Shown here in pieces: positions 38,348 through 47,331 of a stretch of DNA of 64,000 nucleotides. The translations under genes were made by a program, and so were the position numbers. The notes beneath the pieces were generated by a model, which was given only the letters and a program-made list of their open reading frames with translations, searched no databases and had not been told where the DNA came from. The stretch's first letter is position 1. Each line of letters opens with the position of its first letter. This DNA is from Defluviitaleaceae bacterium (GTDB lineage: Bacteria; Bacillota; Clostridia; Lachnospirales; WRBF01): assembly GCA_009784685.1 (NCBI GenBank), contig WRBF01000004.1:14419-78418 (forward strand), written 5' to 3'.

Positions 38348-38722
38348 ATGCAAACACATATCGAAAGCCTTATCGTTAAAATCAACGACGACAACAGAAT
38401 GATTGGAAAGCTGTTAAGTGAAAAAAAGAAAATCATGAGTAATTTGCATAACGCTCTTGAATCTAAGCGGCGAAGTAAAATTGCACTTGAAGAAAACCAA
38501 ATGAATGCATTTTCAAAGTTTATGAGCTATTATGAAAATGAAAAAAAGAGCATAAGCGAACAGTTCGGGCTGATGTGCTCAAAAAAAGAAAGCAAACATA
38601 CATACGATATGGTTTCAACTGATTTGTATTCATTTAACGAATGGCAAGTAAACATGATGAGGAAGATTAAGGAAGTTGTTGAAGAAGGCGAAGAGGTGTT
38701 GGAGATAATTAATTCTCAATAG
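38348..38722 (+). CDS. Hypothetical coiled-coil protein
   Basis: ATG at 38348 follows AAGGTGG. 124 aa, with no recognisable family. Confidence 0.5.
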   Translation: MQTHIESLIVKINDDNRMIGKLLSEKKKIMSNLHNALESKRRSKIALEENQMNAFSKFMSYYENEKKSISEQFGLMCSKKESKHTYDMVSTDLYSFNEWQVNMMRKIKEVVEEGEEVLEIINSQ

Positions 38723-38774
38723 ACCTGCCCATTATAGTTGTTCCACATTAAGAACATTTTTTTGTAAAAAGGTG

Positions 38775-38802
38775 TTGACAAATGTCGGGGGGGGGGTACA
38801 AT
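38775..38802 (+). promoter_or_regulatory. Sigma-A-like promoter whose spacer is mostly a G10 tract
   Basis: TTGACA (38775-38780), N16 spacer, TACAAT (38797-38802). The spacer reads AATGTC followed by ten Gs. Confidence 0.55.
38787..38796. repeat. Homopolymeric G10 tract
   Basis: Ten consecutive G residues, read directly. It is the only long G or C run I saw in the window. Confidence 0.95.
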
Positions 38803-38878
38803 GTACATTATTGCTTTAACAAAAGTCACTGCAATAAGCCCGCAACCTCAAAAATTAAAAAAATGGAGGAATTTTCTT

Positions 38879-39142
38879 ATGGCAATAGGTTCGTTAATTT
38901 TAGGTATTTTAGCAATACTCGTTTCTTTTATCCCCTTTTTAAATTGGATTGGTATACCAGTAGCAATTGCCGGCATCGTTTTTGGCGCTATTGGCGGCAA
39001 GAAACTTAAAGAGCAGGGCTCTTCAGGCGGTATTGCGACAGCAGGTTTGGTGCTTTCAATTATCGCTTTAGTGCTTGCAGTTTTGTGGACTCTAATGTGC
39101 GGTGCTTGTGCAGCTTGTGCCACCGCTCCTTTAATGTTTTAA
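38879..39142 (+). CDS. Small membrane protein (2 TM, Cys-rich C-terminus), DUF4190-like
   Basis: ATG at 38879 follows GGAGGAATTTTCTT. The protein begins MAIGSLILGILAILVSFIPFLNWIGIPVAIAGIVFGAIGG and ends LMCGACAACATAPLMF. The ORF-track frame opens at 38801. Confidence 0.65.
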   Translation: MAIGSLILGILAILVSFIPFLNWIGIPVAIAGIVFGAIGGKKLKEQGSSGGIATAGLVLSIIALVLAVLWTLMCGACAACATAPLMF

Positions 39143-39251
39143 GTATCATATAATAAATTTTGTGGGCTTCTGTCAACCAGCAAGGCATTTTATTAATAGC
39201 CTTGTTGGTTGAGTGCTTTGTAAGCTCATTAATGCTTTGAGAGGTGTTTGC

Positions 39252-40061
39252 GTGCATCCGTTTGTTAATTTTTTAGGTTTAGTCGATATCCCTGTTTACG
39301 GTTTATTGATGGTCGTAGGGGCTGGACTAAGTTGGATTTCGTTAATTATCTTAAACAAAATTAAGAATCAGCTTGCTTTTAGCGACATAAACTTAGTATT
39401 TTTGTTAGCGATTTGCGGCAGTATAGTTGGCGCATCAACATTAAGACCTATCATGCATTTGTTTAGAATTATTTTCAACTGGCATGACTATCGCTCTATG
39501 ACTTTTATGGAGCTTTTTTATTATGCAACGGGGGAGATAATCTTTTACGGTGGTTTTTTAGGCGGTTTGGTTACTGCAATTTTAGCTTGCCGTAAATTTA
39601 GGATTGACACAGTTGCTTTTTTTGACATAGCTGCCCCTGCACTTGCGTTAGCACATGCAATTGGGCGTATAGGCTGTTTTTTTGGCGGATGTTGTTTTGG
39701 CATTGCTTTACCAAATAATCATCCGCTAGCTGTCATATATCCCGCAGAGTCTTTAGGTGCACCGCCAAACATACCTTTATTAGCTATGCCGCTAATAGAA
39801 AGCGGATATTTATTTATTCTCTTTATCATTTTGGTTATAGTTTATGCTAAAAGCAAAACAAAAGGCATATCATCATCCATATATTTGCTAATATATCCAG
39901 TCGGACGTTTTGTATTAGAATTTTTTCGTGGTGATGTAATTCGCGGCGAAACAGGGTTTCTTACAACTTCACAAGTTATATCTGCTATTATTTTAATTTT
40001 CGGTGCGTTTTACTTCATAAATACCAGAAAAATTTGCAAAATTATTACAAAACTGTATTGA
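39252..40061 (+). CDS. lgt: Prolipoprotein diacylglyceryl transferase
   Basis: [13 protein letters not shown] motif in a multi-TM protein. GTG at 39252 follows GAGAGGTG. Confidence 0.85.
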   Translation: MHPFVNFLGLVDIPVYGLLMVVGAGLSWISLIILNKIKNQLAFSDINLVFLLAICGSIVGASTLRPIMHLFRIIFNWHDYRSMTFMELFYYATGEIIFYGGFLGGLVTAILACRKFRIDTVAFFDIAAPALALAHAIGRIGCFFGGCCFGIALPNNHPLAVIYPAESLGAPPNIPLLAMPLIESGYLFILFIILVIVYAKSKTKGISSSIYLLIYPVGRFVLEFFRGDVIRGETGFLTTSQVISAIILIFGAFYFINTRKICKIITKLY

Positions 40062-40086
40062 CAGGAATTTTTTGTTATGTTATGAT
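40058..40086 (+). promoter_or_regulatory. Sigma-A promoter of the cold-shock gene
   Basis: TTGACA (40058-40063), N17 spacer, TATGAT (40081-40086). Confidence 0.65.
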
Positions 40087-40137
40087 GAGTGCGTTGCAAT
40101 TTACTTAACTTTTTTTTATTTTTTAGGAGGATTCACA

Positions 40138-40338
40138 ATGAAAGTAGGAACAGTAAAATGGTTTAACGCAGAAAAAGGTTTTGGATTTATCTCAGTGCCT
40201 GATGAAGACGACGTATTCGTACATTTCTCAGCAATCGACTCAGAAGGTTTCAAGACTTTAGAAGAAGGTCAAGAAGTTAATTTTGAAGTAGTTCAAGGTG
40301 CTAAAGGTCCTCAAGCTGCAAACGTCGTCCGTGCATAA
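40138..40338 (+). CDS. Cold-shock protein (CspA family)
   Basis: [33 protein letters not shown] carries the RNP1 and RNP2 motifs. 66 aa. SD AGGAGG. Confidence 0.97.
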   Translation: MKVGTVKWFNAEKGFGFISVPDEDDVFVHFSAIDSEGFKTLEEGQEVNFEVVQGAKGPQAANVVRA

Positions 40339-40441
40339 TCCATGTTTTTTGCGTAAGCATTAAATATAGAAGAAACGGCAAAACCTTTCATTATGTTTCG
40401 TTATGATGAAGGGTTTTTTACTTGGAAAAGGAGCAATTTGT

Positions 40442-42028
40442 TTGGAGAGCAGGAAATCCTCTTTTGTCAAACAGGCGTCAATACTTGCCGCTGCCGGAAT
40501 TATCGCTAGAATCATTGGTTTTTTATATCGTGTTCCCCTTACAAACCTTATAGGCGACGAAGGAATAGGTCTTTCAAGTTGGGGATATAACATATATATG
40601 CTGCTTTTGATAATATCTTCGGCGGGGCTTCCTGCGGCTATTTCGAAAATGGTTTCAGAGCGAATCGCCGTTAAAAGATATAAAGATGCACATAGGGTAT
40701 TTAAAGTTGCGCTTATTGTTTCCGGAATAATGGGCTTTGTTGCTACTTGCGCTTTATTTTTAATTGCTCACGTGCTTTTTTCATCGACAAATGACTATTA
40801 TTCAATAATCGTACTTGTGCCAACGGTTTTTATCGTTGCAATTATGGCTGTTTTCAGGGGATATTTCCAAGGTATGAAAAATACTGTGCCAACAGCCTTA
40901 TCACAAATTGTTGAGCAAATTTTTAACGCAGTTTTCAGCGTATTTTTAGCATATATGATGCTTAGAGTAAGCTTGCCGCTTGCCGCAGCCGGTAGTAATG
41001 CCGGAACGGGTATCGGTGCATTAGTTGGTCTTATAACTCTTTTGGTAATTTATATCATTTTAAAGCCAAAGATTAAATATAACGATCTACCGGAAGCACC
41101 AACTTCGGATTATAAGCATCAAAGCAATTGGGGTATTGCAAGAGAGCTTATTATGACGGCTATGCCAATAATTATTGGCGTGGCAATTTTCAGCATCACA
41201 AATATTATTGACATGATAATGGTAAGAAGTCGTTTGGGTGTTATAGGTACGCTTAGCGAAAGTGAAATCACTGCGCTTTATGGTCAGCTTACCGGCAAAT
41301 ATATCCCAATTACGACATTACCTGTTTCTTTAGCCGCCGCGCTTGCGGCAGCCATCATCCCTTCAATAGCTTCCTCGTCAGTATTAAAAGACACAGAAAG
41401 TGTTAAACGAAAAATAAATATTGCTATGCGCCTTACGATGATTATTTTAATTCCATCGGCTGTTGGCATAGGTGTTTTAAGCGACCAAATACTTCTTCTC
41501 TTGTTCCCCAGGTTTCCGGACGGAGGAGAATTGCTAAGGATAGGCTCTGTCAGTGTTATTTTTCTCGCCCTTTCTTCAATTGTAACTGGAATGCTTCAAG
41601 GGATAGGCAAGGTCTATGTTCCTGCGATTGCCGCTTTTTTTGGTGCGTTAATTAAAATACCGCTTAATTATGTTTTGATAGCAGACCCAAGAATAATGGT
41701 AGCTGGTGCGGTTATAAGCACAACAATCTGTTACGCAGTTGCTTCTACAATAAACCTTATTGTATTGTGTAAGACTACGAAGACAACCCCTGACTATATG
41801 GGTGCATTTGTGAAGCCGATAATTGCTTCCGTCGCTATGGGTATTGCTTGTTTTGTTTTGTATCATGGGATATATTTCTTTGTACCAAGTAATAGCCTGG
41901 CTTGTATTACTGCGATAATAGCAGGTGCGGCGGTTTATTTTGCGGTGATGCTTTTAATCGGCGGAATGAAACAAGAGGATGTTAGATTGCTCCCTTATGG
42001 GGATAAGCTTGCTAAGTTTTTGAGGTAA
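40442..42028 (+). CDS. MOP-superfamily flippase (MurJ/SpoVB-like polysaccharide biosynthesis protein)
   Basis: About 14 TM helices. The N-terminus FVKQASILAAAGIIARIIGFLYRVPLTNLIGDEGIG is typical. TTG at 40442 after AAAGGAG is preferred, because ATG 40403 lies inside the csp terminator hairpin. Confidence 0.8.
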   Translation: MESRKSSFVKQASILAAAGIIARIIGFLYRVPLTNLIGDEGIGLSSWGYNIYMLLLIISSAGLPAAISKMVSERIAVKRYKDAHRVFKVALIVSGIMGFVATCALFLIAHVLFSSTNDYYSIIVLVPTVFIVAIMAVFRGYFQGMKNTVPTALSQIVEQIFNAVFSVFLAYMMLRVSLPLAAAGSNAGTGIGALVGLITLLVIYIILKPKIKYNDLPEAPTSDYKHQSNWGIARELIMTAMPIIIGVAIFSITNIIDMIMVRSRLGVIGTLSESEITALYGQLTGKYIPITTLPVSLAAALAAAIIPSIASSSVLKDTESVKRKINIAMRLTMIILIPSAVGIGVLSDQILLLLFPRFPDGGELLRIGSVSVIFLALSSIVTGMLQGIGKVYVPAIAAFFGALIKIPLNYVLIADPRIMVAGAVISTTICYAVASTINLIVLCKTTKTTPDYMGAFVKPIIASVAMGIACFVLYHGIYFFVPSNSLACITAIIAGAAVYFAVMLLIGGMKQEDVRLLPYGDKLAKFLR

Positions 42029-42109
42029 CCCTATGCGCCTAATATTCATTCTCCATTGTATAATTTCCTAAATTATGGGAAAAATTACAAACGGAGGTGT
42101 TATTAATCA

Positions 42110-42754
42110 ATGAACGAAAATTTCAGGCGTGAATTTGAATTATATGAAGCCGAGAGCAATGCTAAAAAGAACGTAAAATATATAGGGATAGGAATTTTAG
42201 CTTTTGCGGCGGTATGTATCGGAATTGCAGGAGTTGTGTTTGGGATAAACGGGTTTGGTGCTGATACTTTAGCAAACTCGGTGACGATTATAGAAGTGCA
42301 TGATGACGCAGACATCCCATATGTAGCATTAGGCGACTCAGCGGAGATTATTAACATTATAACTGCTGAAACAAAAATGGTTTATGAATATTATTTCCCT
42401 GAGCTTAACTTTACGGACTTTGTAGAAGCTGTTGCGCCACATTTGTTGATAGGGGCTTCTGAAAGTAGTTTAGGTGATCTTATGCCTGGTTGGGAGATAA
42501 TTAAATTTTCACCCAGGGAGGTTGTAGCAAGAAAAACAATTCTACCCGGAACTAATCTGGCATATCTGCTTACAACACGAAACGGATATATTGCCGTCTA
42601 CTATGAAGATGCAATTCACGGCGGGCTTTTAAAAGAAGTCACAAGCACATCTATAGCAGGGCTTTGTGCGGATGAAGTATCAAGACTTGAAAGAGGGATT
42701 TACATTTATGGTATAGAAAACCTTATGAGTGCATTGCAGGACTTTGGGAGTTAG
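42110..42754 (+). CDS. Hypothetical membrane-anchored protein (possibly a BofC-like C-terminal domain)
   Basis: SD GGAGGTG. One N-terminal TM helix. The C-terminus NGYIAVYYEDAIHGGLLKEVTSTSIAGL…LERGIYIYG is reminiscent of sporulation BofC-type domains, but the similarity is weak. Confidence 0.45.
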   Translation: MNENFRREFELYEAESNAKKNVKYIGIGILAFAAVCIGIAGVVFGINGFGADTLANSVTIIEVHDDADIPYVALGDSAEIINIITAETKMVYEYYFPELNFTDFVEAVAPHLLIGASESSLGDLMPGWEIIKFSPREVVARKTILPGTNLAYLLTTRNGYIAVYYEDAIHGGLLKEVTSTSIAGLCADEVSRLERGIYIYGIENLMSALQDFGS

Positions 42755-42785
42755 CATTTTGTTGGTTTTTTCTTTCTACAAATAC

Positions 42786-42822
42786 AAAAAACGCAGCGTA
42801 GTAAAAACTATAGCTGCGTTTT
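42786..42822 (+). terminator. Rho-independent terminator
   Basis: AAAAACGCAGC…GCTGCGTTTTT, followed by a T-run. Confidence 0.8.
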
Positions 42823-42837
42823 TATTTTTATAATGCC

Positions 42838-43001
42838 ATATACTCGTATCCCCTCAAAACAGTAACAAAAACTTGTCTTTTTTCCGCTATTCGTCGTAAA
42901 AAGAACCTTACCGTACCTTCGGGTACGCTAAGAACCTTTTTCCTAGTCTAGCGAAAAAAATTCTGCGTTTTTCTGCTACTGTTTTGAGAGGATACGAGTA
43001 T
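42838..43001. repeat. MITE-like 164-bp palindromic element, copy 2
   Basis: Terminal inverted repeats of about 26 bp: TATACTCGTATCCCCTCAAAACAGTA and TACTGTTTTGAGAGGATACGAGTATA (one mismatch). Central hairpin CGTACCTTCGGGTACG. It shares TTTTCCGCTAT and CCTTAC(C)GTACCTT(T/C)GGGTA with the element at 18811-18977. Confidence 0.75.
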
Positions 43002-43006
43002 AAATT

Positions 43007-43747
43007 TTAATATTGTCCGGTCAATGATATAAGATAATCCCCACCAAACAATTCAGTAAATTCTTTAAGTGCACGACCTACTATATCCACGCCTTCGTTC
43101 GAATATTTGTTAAACAAGTATTCTGATAAAGTATTCAAAAGATGTGCAGTATGGAAGCTAAAATCCTTCTTTAAAGATAACCCGAGTTCCTCTTGTTTGT
43201 TTTTGAGTCTTGCAAAATCATCGTCGCTCATAGGCTTGTTCCAATCAAAGCAGCATTTGTCTCCACCCCATGCTAACGTTGAATGAACAGTGCATACGTT
43301 AGCGGGGCCAAACCCACGGTAAAGCGCATCATCAACTGTTAAACAGTAGTATCTTCCAAAATCAAGGAGATTATGCTTTTTCCATGATTCAAACCACGGA
43401 CATAAAAGTGTATGGGTTACGAAAGAAGGCAATCGCTGTTCAATAATATCATCCTTTTCGCCTGGTTCAGCGACCCATTCGCCGTAAGCAACAAAGTTCG
43501 CGATGTCCGGTTCATCGCCATGTTTAAGAGCAGTCTCTGCCATTCGTGCGCCACGCTCTTCAGCGTACAGAGTGATTGCTTTAACTATAGCATCTTTGCC
43601 TTCGTCACCTTTTGATTCAATTGCTGCACGGGTAAGAAGTGCAAAAAGTGTTGCATGATGTTCTATTTTGCATTTACGTTCTGTGTTAGCGTTACCCACA
43701 GCTTCTTTTATCAATTGTTCAAGTTGTTGATTCATGTTAATCATCAT
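43007..43747 (-). CDS. L-2-amino-thiazoline-4-carboxylic acid hydrolase (ATC hydrolase) family protein
   Basis: The Cys-rich pattern LLCPWFESWKKHNLLDFGRYYCLTVDDALYRGF…GGDKCCFDW resembles that family, recognised from memory. Its start overlaps the livF stop. Confidence 0.55.
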   Translation of the reverse strand: MMINMNQQLEQLIKEAVGNANTERKCKIEHHATLFALLTRAAIESKGDEGKDAIVKAITLYAEERGARMAETALKHGDEPDIANFVAYGEWVAEPGEKDDIIEQRLPSFVTHTLLCPWFESWKKHNLLDFGRYYCLTVDDALYRGFGPANVCTVHSTLAWGGDKCCFDWNKPMSDDDFARLKNKQEELGLSLKKDFSFHTAHLLNTLSEYLFNKYSNEGVDIVGRALKEFTELFGGDYLISLTGQY

Positions 43748-44478
43748 CCCAAGTAAGCTTTTTTTACATCTTCGTTGCTAAGAAGCTCTTCGCCTGTGCC
43801 TTCCAGGATAATTTCTCCAAGATCAAGCGCATAGGCGTAGTCAGCAACAGAGAGTGCTATATTTGCATTTTGTTCGATAACGAGTATCGTTGAGCCTTCT
43901 TCTTTAAGTCTAATCAACAGCTCAAAAATTTCGTCGATAATCATAGGCGCAAGACCCATGCTTGGTTCATCAAGCATAACGAGTTTTGGTTCTGACATTA
44001 ACGCCCGGCTTACCGCAAGCATTTGCTGCTCGCCTCCTGATAAAGTTCCGGCGGCTTGCTTTTGGCGTTCTTTTAATCGTGGAAACAGGTCAAACTGTTT
44101 TTCTATAAGCTCATTTAGCTTAGTTTTTGACATTTTTTGAGAAAAGCTGCCCATTATCAAATTATCTTTGATAGAAAGCCTTGGGAATACAAGCCTTCCC
44201 TCGGGAACTTGTACAAGCCCGCGTCCTACGATCTTATGAGCTTTTACGTTAGTAATGTCTTCGCCCAAAAACTTGACTTTGCCGCTTTTTTTCTTAACAA
44301 CTCCGCTTATTGCTGAAAGAGTTGTTGATTTTCCGGCACCATTAGAACCTATTAGCGTAACTATTTTATTTTCCGGTACTTTCAGCGAGATCCCTTTTAC
44401 TGCCTGTATGTTACCGTAGCTTACTTCAAGATTTTCAATTTCTAGCATAATACCGGGGTTTGCATTATTACTATTCAT
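43744..44478 (-). CDS. livF: Branched-chain-amino-acid-type ABC transporter ATP-binding protein (LivF-like)
   Basis: Walker A GSNGAGKST, LSGGEQQML and LVMLDEPSMGLAP. ATG at 44478 is preferred over the ORF-track start at 44532. Confidence 0.88.
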   Translation of the reverse strand: MNSNNANPGIMLEIENLEVSYGNIQAVKGISLKVPENKIVTLIGSNGAGKSTTLSAISGVVKKKSGKVKFLGEDITNVKAHKIVGRGLVQVPEGRLVFPRLSIKDNLIMGSFSQKMSKTKLNELIEKQFDLFPRLKERQKQAAGTLSGGEQQMLAVSRALMSEPKLVMLDEPSMGLAPMIIDEIFELLIRLKEEGSTILVIEQNANIALSVADYAYALDLGEIILEGTGEELLSNEDVKKAYLG

Positions 44479-45268
44479 CCTTAGCCACCCCCATATGTTT
44501 TGCAACTCGACCTGTTCCAAAATAAGCTTCAATAACAGCCTTGTTATCTCTTATTTCAGAAGGTGTTCCTTGTGCTATTTTTTGTCCAAAGTTTAAGACC
44601 ATTATTTCATCGCAAAGATTTAATATGAACTTAATATCATGCTCGATTACTATAATTGTATATCCTTTGGTTCTAATAAACTTGATAAACTCAAGTAAGG
44701 TGTATGTTTCATTTGCATTCATACCTGCGGCAGGCTCGTCAAGCAAAAGAAGTTTAGGGCTTGTTGCAAGAGCTCTCGCAATTTCAACTTTACGCTGCAT
44801 ACCATATGAAAGGTTAGAAGCAATTTGGTCGATATATTCAGCCATTTCAAGACGTTCTAAAAGTTCAATACCTTTTTGGCGTATTTCGACTTCTTCTCGC
44901 CAATAGCGTTTTGTCCTGAAAATAGCATCTGCCATATTTGACTTTTCATGTTTATGGAAGCCGACGATAACGTTGTCAAGCACTGTCATACTATCAAACA
45001 ACTGAATTTGCTGGAATGTTCTGGCAATTCCTTTTTTAGCGTTTTTGTGGACTGAATTTCCTGTTATATTTTCGCCGCAGAAAATGAACTCGCCTGAAGT
45101 TGTAGAATGTGCACCGCTTAACAGGTTCAAGTAAGTTGTTTTTCCTGCGCCGTTTGGCCCTATAATTCCAAAAATCGAACCTTCAGGCACTTGCGTTGAT
45201 ACGTTGTCAACTGCACGAAGACCTCCAAATTGCTTTGAAACATTTTTTGATTCCATAATTACAGACAT
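44471..45268 (-). CDS. livG: Branched-chain-amino-acid-type ABC transporter ATP-binding protein (LivG-like)
   Basis: [24 protein letters not shown] and [12 protein letters not shown] are all present. Confidence 0.9.
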   Translation of the reverse strand: MSVIMESKNVSKQFGGLRAVDNVSTQVPEGSIFGIIGPNGAGKTTYLNLLSGAHSTTSGEFIFCGENITGNSVHKNAKKGIARTFQQIQLFDSMTVLDNVIVGFHKHEKSNMADAIFRTKRYWREEVEIRQKGIELLERLEMAEYIDQIASNLSYGMQRKVEIARALATSPKLLLLDEPAAGMNANETYTLLEFIKFIRTKGYTIIVIEHDIKFILNLCDEIMVLNFGQKIAQGTPSEIRDNKAVIEAYFGTGRVAKHMGVAKDE

Positions 45269-46299
45269 TAGGCAGTACCTCCTTTCCGGTTGGCTTTGGA
45301 GCGGCTGACTAATTTATTATAAAACATTTTAATAGGTCCGTCTTTTGTGCTTTTTCCAAGTATACCTTGAGGGCGAACCCACATCATAAAGATGATAACA
45401 CCGCCGAATATAATACCTCGGTAGGCAGCTGTAAAACGGAACGCCTCAAGAGACCCAATAACAAGCGTCGAGCCAACGATAGGTCCGAATAACGTACCTT
45501 GGCCACCGATAATCATCATTGCAAGTACATCAAAGTTATCTGCCATTGAGAACATGTTTGAGTCGATAAAACGATAAAATACTGCCATTACCGCACCGGC
45601 GATACCTGCCCAGAAGCCTCCGTAAATAAAGCCTAAAGATTTATAGCGGTAAGTGTTTATACCAAGGCTTTTTGCCGCTTCTTCATTTTCACGTATAGAT
45701 ATCCAAGCACGTCCGACTTTTGAGCTTATTACGCAATAGTTACAAATAAGCATAATTACGATAAATGCAAATACCATATAGAATGTTGAAAGGGGAGTGC
45801 TTAGTCTAAATCCAAAAATTTCCGGAACAGGTATACCTGCTATACCCATTGCACCCCCGGTTACGCTAATCCAGTTTAATGCTATAACTCTAAGTATTTC
45901 TGAAAAGCCTAAAGTAACTGCTGCCAGATACAGACCGGATAATTTACGAGCAGGGTAAGATACTAAAGCACCCATTAAGCTTGCCGCTAATCCTGAGACT
46001 ACAACAGCAATCCAAAAAGATATTTCGTAATTAGTCATCATTATTGCTGTGACATATGCGCCAACATTTGCAAAGCCCATTTGACCTACAGTAAACTGAC
46101 CTGTATAGCCGTTTACAATGTTCATCGAAGCAACAAGAAGTATATAGATCATAACTCTAACTGCAACGCCGTTTAAATAGGCTGAAAGAAACTGCGGCAT
46201 AATCAACAAGAGGATAAACACAGCAACAGCAATTATTAAGTTTCGTTTTGATAATTTAAGGCTCTTTTTTGTGATTCTGCTTTTGACATCACCTTCCAC
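45268..46299 (-). CDS. livM: Branched-chain-amino-acid-type ABC transporter permease (LivM-like)
   Basis: 343-aa polytopic membrane protein between livH and livG. Its boundaries overlap those of the neighbouring genes. Confidence 0.85.
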   Translation of the reverse strand: MEGDVKSRITKKSLKLSKRNLIIAVAVFILLLIMPQFLSAYLNGVAVRVMIYILLVASMNIVNGYTGQFTVGQMGFANVGAYVTAIMMTNYEISFWIAVVVSGLAASLMGALVSYPARKLSGLYLAAVTLGFSEILRVIALNWISVTGGAMGIAGIPVPEIFGFRLSTPLSTFYMVFAFIVIMLICNYCVISSKVGRAWISIRENEEAAKSLGINTYRYKSLGFIYGGFWAGIAGAVMAVFYRFIDSNMFSMADNFDVLAMMIIGGQGTLFGPIVGSTLVIGSLEAFRFTAAYRGIIFGGVIIFMMWVRPQGILGKSTKDGPIKMFYNKLVSRSKANRKGGTA

Positions 46300-47188
46300 G
46301 TCTGCGTCCTCCTCCCAATCTTAACCCTTCGGGTAAGAACAAAAGCACTAAAATGAGGAACATAAATGCGAAAATATCACGCATTGCAGAACCTGCAAAG
46401 GCAATACCAAAGTTTTCCATGACGCCGATGACGATACCGCCGAGTGCAGACATAGATATATCTGACATTCCGCCTAAAACGGTAGCCGAAAACGCACGAA
46501 TCATAACCGGAGGTCCGATAAGCGGGGAAATGCTGCTGTAATAAAGCGCAAATAACATACCGCCGATACCTGCGATACCGCAGCCGAGTAAGCTTCCGAC
46601 CATAGTTGCTCTTTTAACATTTACGCCCATAAGAGCTGCAGCTTTACGGTTTTGGCTTACAGCTTTTAAAACAACACCGTATTTAGTTTTGTTCAAAAAG
46701 AGCGCAAGTAAGATACAAAGCACAATAACTACTATAAAAATGGTAATCTCAATCATGCCTATAAAAACACCAAAAACTTCAAATGAACGAGGCTGAATCA
46801 CTTGGTTTGTACGAACCCCTTGAGTTTGTGTGCCAAAAACAATTTGAGCTAAATTTATAAGTAAGATACTCATACCTATAGTACACACTAGCGAAATATG
46901 CCGCGGCGAGTCTAAGAATTTTTCATAGCAAATAATGTGTATAACAATGCCTACAAGTGCAGGCACGATGAAACAAATAAGAGCCATCACTATAATATTA
47001 GTGGGAATCCACGATAGGCTTATAGTAAAAAACGCCATGAACCCTCCAATCATAATGACTTCGCCATGGCAAAGTGTTGCCATTCCAACGACGCCGACAA
47101 TTAATGCATATCCGATAGCAAAAAGCGCAAAAATTGAGCCTTGGCTTAGCCCATTGATTAACTGCTCAAATATGAAAGCTGCTGTCAT
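46289..47188 (-). CDS. livH: Branched-chain-amino-acid-type ABC transporter permease (LivH-like)
   Basis: 299 aa. The N-terminus FIFEQLINGLSQGSIFALFAIGYALIVG is typical LivH. Confidence 0.88.
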   Translation of the reverse strand: MTAAFIFEQLINGLSQGSIFALFAIGYALIVGVVGMATLCHGEVIMIGGFMAFFTISLSWIPTNIIVMALICFIVPALVGIVIHIICYEKFLDSPRHISLVCTIGMSILLINLAQIVFGTQTQGVRTNQVIQPRSFEVFGVFIGMIEITIFIVVIVLCILLALFLNKTKYGVVLKAVSQNRKAAALMGVNVKRATMVGSLLGCGIAGIGGMLFALYYSSISPLIGPPVMIRAFSATVLGGMSDISMSALGGIVIGVMENFGIAFAGSAMRDIFAFMFLILVLLFLPEGLRLGGGRRRGR

Positions 47189-47331
47189 GTCTAATGTGTC
47201 ACCTTCCTCTTTAGAGAAAGTGCGCTACCACTAAGAGCCTGTAATTAAACAGGCTCTGTAGTAGTTTCGCACTTAAATATCGTCAATGTAAAAGGTCTAC
47301 GATCTAAGGTTTAAGATCTAAAAAGACTTGA

